Positions 48,438 to 60,359 of a stretch of 64,000 bases of DNA are shown one piece after another. Both the position numbers and the translations under genes were made by a program. Position 1 is the first letter of the stretch, and the number at the start of each line of letters is the position of its first letter. The stretch is from the NCBI RefSeq assembly GCF_006345805.1, contig NC_043009.1, positions 26,784,001 through 26,848,000 of the forward strand, written 5' to 3'. The notes beneath the pieces are model-generated. The model was not told the DNA's origin, made no database searches, and saw only the letters and a list, made by a program, of their open reading frames with translations. This DNA is from Octopus sinensis. Taxonomy: Eukaryota.

Positions 48438-51400
48438 ATTTCGCTCTTGCGTCTCATGTTTGATCTTTGACTTCTGGCCGAAATCAGATCGCCATGTTGA
48501 TTCGTTAGTTACTGCACGCATATTTTTTTCTCTCCTTCTTTCTGTGTTTTTTTTTCTCTGTGTATCTTTCTGTTGAAGAGAGTAGGCTCGAAACGTTAAA
48601 GACTTGTTTTATTTATATTTCCTGAGCGCCATACTAATACAATTGTTTGTTTGTTTTTCACCTGCCTTCGTCTTTTGTCTATTTTCATAAAGCTTCCCGT
48701 TATATATATATATATATATAATTTTACTTTTAGAACTCAACAGAGCAAAACAGGTCTGCAGCAAGTTTAATATGACACTGTGCCCCTCCACACACACAAA
48801 TAAAAAAACCTCTTCTATATCAAAACAAGTCTAATGAAGTTTTATAAAACATGGAGTCATTTAACCTATTGTTACTTTAACATTTCATACTATATAAACT
48901 GTGACAAGCTCTTAATCAAGGAGTCCAAAAGACAGCGCTAACTGTAGCAATGGAATTCTGATAAATGTGAAAAGAAAAATAATCTAATAACAGAAAGATT
49001 TCAATCTATTTTCTTACCTTCTTCACTGAGGGTCGGTACAACTACCTCCCAAACATCAGACAGGTTGTTTAGTATTTCAGTTTGTGATACCACAAGGTTC
49101 CTGAAATAAGGCACATTGTGTTCTACGTTTTCTGTGTCAGATTTTTCTGTCTCTGAATTTTGTTGGGAAGAGTCATCAGATGACGATTCCTGTAAGACTT
49201 GCCCTGCTGATTCTTGGCTAACAGCCTCCACAGTCTCCTCAAGTGTGGTCGCTGGGGCTTCTTGGGTGGCTATTCCAGATGCATCCTGGGTAGCTATCTC
49301 TGCTACTTCCTGTGGGACATCAATTACTTCCCCCTGGGCAACAGCCTCCTTCATCTCTTGTGGTTCCATCACTGGTGTTTCTAGGGTGAGAGTCTCTGCT
49401 GCATCCTGTGGGACAACTACTGCTGGTGATTCCTGAGTATCTGCCTCTGTTGGTGCCACCTGAGTAACTGTTTCTACTGGTGCCACCTGAGTAGCTGTCT
49501 CTGCTGGTGTTTCCTGAGTATCTGCCTCTGCTGGTGCCACCTGAGTAACTGTCTCTGCTGGTGCCACCTGAGTAGCTGTCTCTGCTGGTGTTTCCTGAGT
49601 ATCTGCCTCTGCTGGTGCCACCTGAGTATCTGCCTCTGCTGGTGCCACCTGAGTAACTGTCTCTGCTGGTGCTTCCTGAGTATCTGCCTCTGCTGGTGCC
49701 ACCTGAGTATCTGCCTCTGCTGGTGCCACCTGAGTAACTGCCTCTGCTGGTGTTTCCTGAGTAACTGCCTCTACTGATGCCACCTGAGTAACTGTCTCTG
49801 CTGGTGCCACCTGAGTAGCTGTCTCTGCTGGTGTTTCCTGAGTATGTGCCTCTGCTGGTGCCACCTGAGTAACTGTCTCTACTGGTGCCACCTGAGTAAC
49901 TGTCTCTGCTGGTGCCACCTGAGTAACTGCCTCTGCTTGTGTTTCCTGAGTATGTGCCTCTGCTGGTGCCACCTGAGTAACTGTCTCTACTGGTGCCACC
50001 TGAGTAACTGTCTCTGCTGGTGCCACCTGAGTAACTGCCTCTGCTTGTGTTTCCTGAGTATCTGCCTCTGCTGGTTCCACCTGAGTAACTGTCTCTACTG
50101 GTGCCACCTGAGTAGCTGTCTCAGCTGGTGTTTCCTGAGTATGTGCCTCTGCTGGTGCCACCTGAGTAACTGTCTCTACTGGTGCCACCTGAGTAACTGT
50201 CTCTGCTGGTGCCACCTGAGTAACTGCCTCTGCTTGTGTTTCCTGAGTATGTGCCTCTGCTGGTGCCACCTGAGTAACTACCTCTGCTATCTGCTCTGTG
50301 ACAGCTGCTGCTGCCTCCTGGGTAACTGACCCTTCTATCTCTTGGGTCCCTGATGTCACTTCTTGAGATTCCATCACTGGTGCCTCTTGGTTAACCGTCT
50401 CTACTGCCCTTTGACCATCTGTTTAAAAAAATAAAAAACAATGATTTCAATTCCCTGTTAATAGCATTTTTCAATAGGAGCAGCAAAACTTAGTAAAATA
50501 ACTTTGTCGTCATTAAGCTGATGTTGGAACATAATATGAAATTTTGACAAATGGTTCTAATTTAGATCAGTGCTCTGCAATCTTTTTTTCACTTGCAGTA
50601 CACTTATATTCTTTCCAAAATTTGGCGCCATACCTCAACTAAAAATATAACGAAAAGTATTCTTTTACTTGTTTCAGTCATTTCACTGCAGCCATACAGG
50701 AGAACCATCTTCAGTCGAACAAATCAACCCTAGGACTTATTCTTTGTAAGCCTTATTCTATTGGTCTCTCTTGCCGAGCTGCTAAGTTACAGGGACATAT
50801 ATACACCAGCATCAGCTGTCAAGCAATATTGGTGGGGGGGGGGGGCAAACATAGACACACACAAATATATACATATATATATACAATGGGCTTCTTTCAG
50901 TTTCCATATACCAAATCTACTCACAAAGGTTTGCCTGGCCTGAAGCTATAGTAGAAAGCACTTGCCTAAGGTGCCACACAGTGGGGACTGAACCTGGAAC
51001 CATGTGGTAGGGAAGCAAGAATCTTACCACACAGCAACGCCTGTGCCTTTATATAGGGGTAAAAAAATTATATTCAGGTTACACTGTGGCACACCAACCA
51101 GTATGCTGCGGCATACCAGTTGCAGAGCACTGGTTTAGATCACTTCAAAAAAGGAAAATTGTAATGCAGAATCAGGGATGGTTTGAAATGGGTTGGGATC
51201 AAGGTTAGATGACTTAGAATTCAATAATTTAAAGCTGACAATCATTTCTGCCATGCACAAACCACACAGAAACCAAGACCCTACTGGAAACACTTATCAT
51301 CGCAATATTTGAACCCAGAAAATAAGGAACACTATGTAGTAGGCACCATAAAAACACATAAATCCTTGCCTCTCATCTGCTACTTCATTGGCATATGATG

Positions 51401-54400
51401 GAACCTCTACATGGTTATGACTTGCTAGAAACAGTTATCAAATTTCCTTCATATTGTCTAAAATGACAGACAGGTCAAAGAATGTGGTCATTATGATTGG
51501 AAACCTTTAACCAAAGAATTTGCTTTGTTAGTGAAATCAAAATCAATTCAATGACTGGCATTCGTGCTAGTGGGGTGCAAAGAGCACCATACGAGTGTGA
51601 ACGTTGACAGAGCAGCTATTCGAGTATGATCATTACCAGCGTCGCCTCACTGGCACTTATGCCTGTGCTAGTAGGGTGCCAATGGCACCATCCGAGCATG
51701 ATCGTTGCCAGAGCAGCCAACTGGCTTCCGTACACGTGGCATGTAAAATGGCACTATTTGAGTGTGATCTTTACCAACGTCGCTTCACTGGCACATGTAA
51801 AAAAATTCGAGCAAGGTCGTTGCCAGTACCGCCTGACTGGCCCCCGTGCCAGTGGCACATAAAAAGCACCCACTACACTTTTGGAGTGGTTGGCGTTAGG
51901 AAGGGCATCCAGCAGTAGAAACTCTGCCAGATCAAGATTGGAGCCTGGTGCAGCCATCTGGCTCGCCAGTCCTCAGTCAAAATCGTCCAACCCATGCTAG
52001 CATGGAAAGATGACGTTAAACGATGATGATGATGATGAGTGTTTATACAGGAACAAAACAACAATTTCTGTATTGCGGGATAGTTTAATCTTTTCATTAC
52101 CATAGTTCTGTTGAAATATGGCTATCTCTCCTTTAATTTTGGAAATAACGAAGTATTTAGAAAAATTACTGTCATAATTAAGCAGGTATTTGAAACGTAC
52201 ATTAATGTAGAATTTTGATGGAGGATTTTAAGTTAGATTTCTTTAAAACATAAAAGCTTGTATCACAGAACCAGGGGCAGTTTCAAGCTGGTAGGTATCA
52301 AAAAGTCACCTGGCCATTATCTGCACTCACCTGAAGTTGTAGAACCTTCTTTCAAAGCAGCTCTCTTGGCATCATCATCTTCCAATGAAAGAGTAGGAAC
52401 TAAAAGAAATAAAGTAAAAAACCATGAGCCTGCGTAAAAATTTATTCAAAACAATACTGAATTTACTCCAAACATTCTTGCACAGACACATGGCGAATCT
52501 TGGTTGTTTGACAATGAGAATTCAGTTGTTTGATAAACTGAATTACCTGCCCCTGAATTGACATTTAAGTAGCTGACTATCTCACAAACTCTTGTACCTT
52601 TAACATGCTAGAAATGGCTATGAAATCTCCTCCAACCACATCCTGTTGTCTGGCAAAGGTAGAACACATTAGTTAGTGTAGACTGACACACAAAACAATG
52701 GGATGGTTATGGTTGGAGTGCCTTTGATTAAAGGTCTTTCAGAAATAATAGGTGGAGTGAAGACTAAATGGCCAGCTAGATAAGGCAATTAAGATTGCTT
52801 CTAGCTCACTTTGACCATTCAAATTTTTCATTATCTTCTAGTCACATGCAACATCGAAGGAAGTTTACAAAGTAAAGAAGAAATAGAAGTGAAATATTTT
52901 ACCTTTATCCAATTGATGTTTGGGTATTTTACGACGTGTCATCTCAATCATTGGTGAATTCTTCAAAAGCTCAACCCTGGCAAAACAAAAATTGAGAAAA
53001 AGATTTTAAAAAAAAAATGTCAGAGAGGACAGGGAGGTTATTCAATTACATCAACAAGTACTTCACTGGTACTTTATTTTATCAACTCTGAAAGGGAGAA
53101 GGCAAAGTTGGCTACAGCAAGATTTGAACTCAAAACCTAAGGAGCCAGAAGGCCAGAAGAAATGCTGCTGTGCATTTTGTCCAACACGCTAATGATTCTG
53201 CCAACTCATTGCCTTAATAATAATATTGATTTCTTTATTGCCCACAGGCGGCTAAACAAGGACAGACAAAGGGATTAAGTCGACTACATTGACCCCAGTG
53301 AGTAACTGATACTTATTTAATCTACTCCGAAAGGCAAAGTTGACATCAACGGAATTTGAACTCAGAACATAAAGGCAGGTGAAATACTGCTCAGCATTTC
53401 GCCCAGCATCAATCCTTTCTGGTGTTGATTTGATCAACTAAACTCTCCATGGCAAACCACTTGCCTTCTATAAAATGTATGAAAACTTATAAATCATTCC
53501 AAGAACGAGGATTCAGTAGAAATGACAGCACTTCAGATAAGATGCTTTGCAATATTTAGAAACACCCGCCTAACCCATGCCAGTATGGAAAGTGGACATT
53601 AAATGATGATGAAGTACATGCTTAGGGTCTGAAAGGAAGTTAGGTACCATGGAAATGGTAAATGGTTTACAGCACAAAAAAAATCACTTTTGAATTTGTC
53701 AAAATAGTTGGAAGTGGTTTATATGATCGGAGTATTCATAGTGAGGATCTGATCAAAGACTTGGAAATTAAAATAAACGAGGAGAAATCGTTTCAAATAT
53801 AAAGTGGAAGTGTACAAAAATAAACATTTTCCATTTTACTGTTGGTTTTGTTTCATTTCAAAAAATAAAAAATTTATTTTATGGTTTATTATTGTTTTTA
53901 TTTTGAATTACATATATATGGGGGGCACAGAAATCATTTAAGTGATTAGGTTTCCATGAGTCTTAATCCGATCCTACCAGTATTTCAACTCAGAGCATAA
54001 CCAAACACCACCATGCTTAATACCTGACAATGCCAATTCTACCATCCATTCAACTTGTCTAAAGAAACAGTCTTTTCTAACTTACCATTCTTCGGCGACT
54101 GTGGTACTTTAACTGAATCCATCTTAAGACAAGAGGATGATTTCCTGGGTTTCTTTTTGCTATTTGGTTTGGAGTCAGAAGAAGACTGTCGATTCCTTTT
54201 CGACTTTAAGCTAATGCTGCTAACTGGAGTCTTGAAGACAGCTACATCAGCACTATTTCTAACAGGAGTGAATGGCGATTCAGTAGAAGTGGTGGCTACT
54301 AAACTTTTTTGGTCTTCTTTCTCAGGAGCTTCACTCTCTTCAACCATTCCAGACCTGTTTGGAGACGTCTCCTCGTCTTTTGCCTCACCATTTTTAGTGG

Positions 54401-57400
54401 GTGAATCACTAACTCTGAAAAATAAAAGTCATTTCTTTAACCATTAGCATTTAAATCGGCCATATCCAGCCAAAGTTTTCTTGTTTTATGTTCAAACTGG
54501 CTAAATCAGGCTCCTCACACCTACCCTGCAATGTCATTCTAAAAATAAACAATAACATCATTGAAATCTCAAAGCTATAACATAATGCAAGATTAAATCA
54601 ACACAATGTGAATAAATATGCATTAGATTTGACTGAGTAGTCTGAATTTTAAAGGATTAAATAAAACAGAATTTTTGAAAATACTTTCTTCACAAGAATG
54701 TCTTTTATTTTAGCTATAGAATTGCCGACATATTTTAAATAATTCTGGCTTGCTAGCAGAATTATTAGCATACTCTTTTACTTGTTTCAGTCATTTGACT
54801 GCGGCCATGCTGGAGCACCGCCTTTAGTCGAGCAAATCGACCCCAGGACTTATTCTTTGTAAGCCTAATACTTATTCTATCAGTCTCTTTTGCCGAACCA
54901 CTAGGTTACGGGAACATAAACACACCAGCATCGGTTGTCAAGCAATGTTGGGGGACAAACACAGACAAACATATATATATATATACATACATACGATGGG
55001 GTTCTTTCAGTTTCTGTCTACCAAATCCACTCACAAGGCTTTGGTCAGCCCGAGGTGCCACGCAGTGGGACTGAACCCGGAACCATGTGGTTTGTAAGCA
55101 AGCAACTTACTACACAGCCACTTCTATGCCTATGTTGAAAGAAAAGTGCTTTGCAGCATTTTTATTGACACACTGCATTGTAAGTTCAAATTCTGTTAAA
55201 GTTGACCTTACCTTTCATCCCTTCAAGGGCTGATGTGCATAACTGTGAATTAAGCATGTTGTCATTAACTGTGTCTGAACGTAACATGGTGATATTTTAC
55301 TTTGTCCAGCAAACAAATGTTTTGCAGCTGAGCAGATGGTGAAACAAAAAACAAACCTTACATGGAAACCAAGTAAAGGTTAGCAACAGGAAAAGCATTC
55401 AGCTGTCGAAAATCTGCCATGCTACAGTTTCATTTAACCATTGCCAGTATGGAAAAATGGTCAGAAAAACAATGACGATGGTTCATAAGTATATGCATAC
55501 ATACATATGCTCATATGTACACTCGCAAAGCCTGGTGACTGGATATGGTAGGTGGAAACTGAAAATAGCCCAATATGTATCTGTGTGTGTGTATCCTTGT
55601 CTCCACATCATGTTTGTAAATGAACATCTCCATCATACAAGCGATGTTGAGGCCATAGAAACTCTGCCCCAACAAAGTCTATCTGACCCATGCAAGCTCA
55701 GAAACATAGACATTAAATGATGATGATGATAGCTCACACAAACACTCTCTTTCTCTCTTTTCATTCTAATACATACCTTCCAAAATTGTTGGTAGGAGGT
55801 TCGTCGAATCCACTGAAAAAGAAATTCTGAGTACTGTTCGGACTTAGCGAAGTTGAGAAATTATAAGATTGGAGATTTTCAGGAGCAGTGAAGACAAAAT
55901 TTCCAGGTACGAATGAGACACTCTCTCTTTCCGACCGTGTTGTAACCTTTGAAGACAATGTGTCAAAGTTGTTCGTAGTTGCAGGCTTACTTTTACCTTT
56001 AACAGGAGATTCTGTAAATGATTGAAATAATAATAAAAAAAATTAATAAAATAGACACAGGTATGGGTGTGTGACTAAGAAATTGGCTTCTTAACAATGT
56101 GGTTTCAGATTCTGTCCCACTGCATGGCACCTTAGGCAAGTGTCTTCGACTAAAGCCTTTGGCAAAGCAAAGCCTTGTTAGTGTGTTTGGTAAATGAAAA
56201 CTGAAAGAAGCTTATCATATATGTGTGTGTGTGTTTATCTTTGTCATGGCATCACAGGATAGTGCCTCCTAACTGGCTCCTCTGCCAGTGGAACATAAAA
56301 TGCACCATCCAAACGTGGTTGATGCCAGTGCCCACTGACTGGCTCTTGTGCAGGTGGCACGTAAAAAGCACTCTCCAAACATGATTGATGCCAGGCCCAC
56401 CTGACTGGCTCCTGTTCCAGTGGCACATAAAAAGCACCCACTACACTCTCAGAGTGGTTGGCGTTAGGAAGGGCATCCAGCTGTAGAAACATTGCCAAAT
56501 CAGATTGGAGCCTGTTGCAGCCACTGGCTTTCCAGATCTCAGTCAAACCGTCCAACCCATGCCAGCATGGAAAATCGACATTAAACGATGATGATGATGT
56601 TTCTAAATTTGTGAACACCTAATAATTAAAATGGAAAAGCTATCAGAAAACTGATTTCTATTTATTTTTCAAATATATGATCTGCACCATTTCTAATTCT
56701 ATTATGTGGTGAAATGTAAAAGTGCCTGTGTGGTGGCACATGAAAGTATCCAGCACACGGTATTTTGTCTGCCGTTAGGTTCTGAGTTCAAATTCCGCCA
56801 AGGTCGAGTTTCGGGGGTCGATTAAATAAGTACCAGTTACGCACTGGGGTCGATACAATTGACTTAATCCCGTTTGTCTGTCCTTGTTTGTTCTCTCTGT
56901 GTTTAACCCCTTGTGGGTAATAAAGAAATAGATATATATGTGACAGAATACAATTTAACCTCTCTACTTCCAAAAAGTCATGTATAGCGCATACCAGTGT
57001 GACACTGCTCAAGTGTACACTGAAATCTGCACCTGCATCATGCTTCACTCTGATGGCACATATATTTGTTATATGTCTTTCAAGATTTATTGAACTGTAG
57101 TCAACATTTCAAATCAATTCAATGAATTTCTCTTCAAAGCCAAACAATATGATTTCTATCAAAATGAATCTTCTAAATTCAAAATTTAAAACACATTTTC
57201 TAACAGAGGCATTGTCAAAGACGCTTACCAATTTTCGATTTTGCCTGTTTCTGAGTTACACTTGATGTTGTTTTAGCTTTTGTGGAAGGCAGTGTCCTAG
57301 TAGTTGCTCTGGTGGCTGCTTTGCTGTTATTGGTTTGCCTGGTGACTCTAGTTTGTGTAGTCAATGGTACTTTCTTGCTCTCACTTGCTGCCGTAAGCCG

Positions 57401-60309
57401 AGCTGGCTGCCTTTTGGTGGGTCCTTTTTTCTCTGGTAAAACCAAAGACGAAGTTTTCGGCTTGTGGGCAACATCAGCTTGGCGAGTTGTAGCTCTGGTT
57501 GTTGCACGTGTAGCAGCAGTAGTTGTAGCAGTAGTGGTAGATCTAGTGGTAGCAGTGGCTGCTCTTGTTTTGCGGGGAGGTTCCGCAACTGGCACAGTAG
57601 TTTTCACCTGTTTCTTTATAAAATAAATAAATAAATAAAATTAAGCTATTTTTCTTTTTATATAAAATCAAATTTTATATAAAACTAGCAGAGATACCTG
57701 GCATTGCCAGTGTTACATGCAATTGAAGAATTAGACTTTTCTGTTATATTTTCTGTAATGAACTGGAATACCTATGATTTGAATTTCATCAAAATTGCAG
57801 GTGAGGTTATTTCCCTCTTTACACACCCTAAAAACATTGTAATCATGACACATGTATCCCATACTACTGATTTTTATGTGTATATTCCAAAATTCCAGTC
57901 TTATAGAACATGTTAAAAGGATTTTGCTCCTGAAAAATGGAGGTCATGGAGCTCTAAAATGTGAGAGTTAAGGCCTCTGTTGGGAGTGGGTGCCTTAATG
58001 TCAACCAGAGAAGTTGAATTGTTGAGAATCTTTTTAACTTGGGTCTTATATCTATTGTTTGAATTTTTTTGAAATAGGAAATATATGTTCACTGGATTTG
58101 TAAAAGAGAGCAAAGCTACAGGAAATGAAAAGATGAATGATCACAATAAGCAGTCAGCTACCCTACCCAAGTCGTTACCACTCAAAATGTAGGATTCCTC
58201 ACCATCCAGGTGACAGGTTCAGCCGTAAGATGCATATGATTCTATAGCAATTGGAAAGGCGTGACCCAACTGAAATAAACATTAACAACTGTGTGACGTG
58301 AGGGCTAAGGAGAAATGAAAGTGTCACCTCTGCAGTTTATAAATGAACACTATACTGATACGTAACTGGACAGAATAAATTTACAATCTATGAATGTCTT
58401 TGAATAACCAGTCACTCATCTGGGAAGGCCTTGAAATCAATGTTACCATCTGGGGATTATGTGTGACCCAGTGATAATAAAAAGACTGAAAGGAGGTCTG
58501 CAACCAAATAACTTTACTCAACTCTTTGCAACTGAATCAGTGGAGGAAAATATGCCTCTCATTTACTCGACAATTTATGCATCACATTGCAGAAATCACA
58601 ATGCAAGTGTATGTCAAAGCAAACTCTTACACTGTTGTACCACTGAATTACAAATAATGCTTATCTTTTATGCTCAGGTGATCCTACAGCTTCCAAGAGT
58701 ACAACTTGTCTTTGCTGAGATAAAATGACTAAATTGTGGGTGTTAAGTCCCACTGAAGAGGTGTTTCTAACTTGTAAGATGAAATTTTATAAATATTACT
58801 TCATCTGTGTCTAATATCTATGGTTAAAATTTCATCATCAACAAAAATATATGAATTGTCACGGGAGTTATGGCCCTTATGCATAGAATATAATTTCCAA
58901 ATTTCGTGAAGATCCATTCAGTACTTTTGACCTGGTTTTGGATCATAAAAGAAATGACTAAAATTTGGGAGTTAAGGCCCCCATTAGGGTGCCTTAGAAT
59001 CCTCATGAGAAGTAGAAACTTTGAGAATACTTCTTGATGTGTGTCAATTACCCATGGCTGAAATTTCATCAACATCAAAAATCTATGAATTTTCATGGAG
59101 GTTCTGCCCCCTTTAAGCCATCTGAAATTCAAACTAAACATATTGCATTATTCCCACCCTTATGCATTGAATCTAAGTTCCAAATATCATAAGAATCCAT
59201 TCAGTAATTTTGGTCCATGAAATTGTATGAAACACACAGCATTATCCTTCTCCCTAGGCTTGGATTTTGTGTTCCAAATTTCATTAGCATCAGTGTTTTT
59301 GGATGTAGAAGTAACACACAAAACACACATAAAGACATTGACTTTGATATAATAGATATTGATATGCACATATACATACATGTATATATATATACACACA
59401 CAAAAAAAAAAAAAAAAAAGATAAATTGGTAGATACAACTGAGTGGGCAAAGAAAAATATGAGACACTTTTTTATTTTGAAAAACCTGGTACTTATTCTA
59501 TGTTTCTTCTTGTCAAACCAGTAAGTTATGGGGATGTAAATAAACGAACAGCAGTTGTGAAGCAGTGATAAGGGAGAAACACAGAGACAAAGACACACAC
59601 ACATTTACATATACTCTTTTACTTGTTTCAGTCATTTGACTGCGGCCATGCTGGAGCACCGGCTTTAGTCGAGCAAATCGACCCCGGGACGTATTCTTTG
59701 TAAGCCCAGTACTTATTCTATCGGTCTCTTTTGCCGAACCGCTAAGTGGCGGAGACATAAACACACCAGCACTGGTTGTCAAGCAATGCTAGGGGGACAA
59801 ACACAAACATACATGCACACACATATATACGACAGGCTTCTTTCAGTTTCCGTCTACCAAATCCACTCACAAGGCTTTGGTCGGCCCGAAGCTATAGCAG
59901 AAGACACTTGCCCAAGATGCCACACAGTGGGACTGAACCCGGAACCATGTGGTTGGTAAACAAGCTACTTACCACACAGCCACTCCTGCGCCTATATATA
60001 TATATATATATACGATTGATTTCTTTCAGTTTCTGTCTACAAAATCCACTGAAAAGGCTTTGGTTGGTTTGAGGCTATAGCAGAAGACACATGCCAAGTC
60101 ACCACACAGTGGGACTGAACACAGGACCATGTGTTTTGGAACCAAGTTTGTTACCTCACAGCCACACCTGCACCCATATATATGTATGCATGTATATGTC
60201 TATATATATGTGTACATCTATATGATTGATTGATTGATTGATTCTAGTTTCAGCTTATGAGCTGTGGCCATGCTGGGGCACCGCCATAGAAATACATCTA
60301 TACATATAC

Positions 60310-60359
<50 letters not shown>

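Larger units (their letters stand above)
43451..49110 (-). other. DLGAP5: GKAP/SAPAP homology domain of DLGAP5, spread over four exons
   Basis: From VPYFRNLVVSQTEILNNLSDVW (end of exon 50418-49018) through DLQGFWDMV (47004-46844) and LKDNNW (45228-45118) to FFKVESP (43646-43451). Confidence 0.85.

Noticed and set aside
49412-50275. CRISPR-like regular array
   Set aside because: The units are contiguous 27-bp coding repeats with no unique spacers, in a eukaryotic exon, and there are no cas genes.
49116-50329. Plus-strand ORFs 49116..49436 and 49844..50329 (Cys-rich CLCWCHLSN repeats)
   Set aside because: They are antisense shadows of the DLGAP5 coding repeat.
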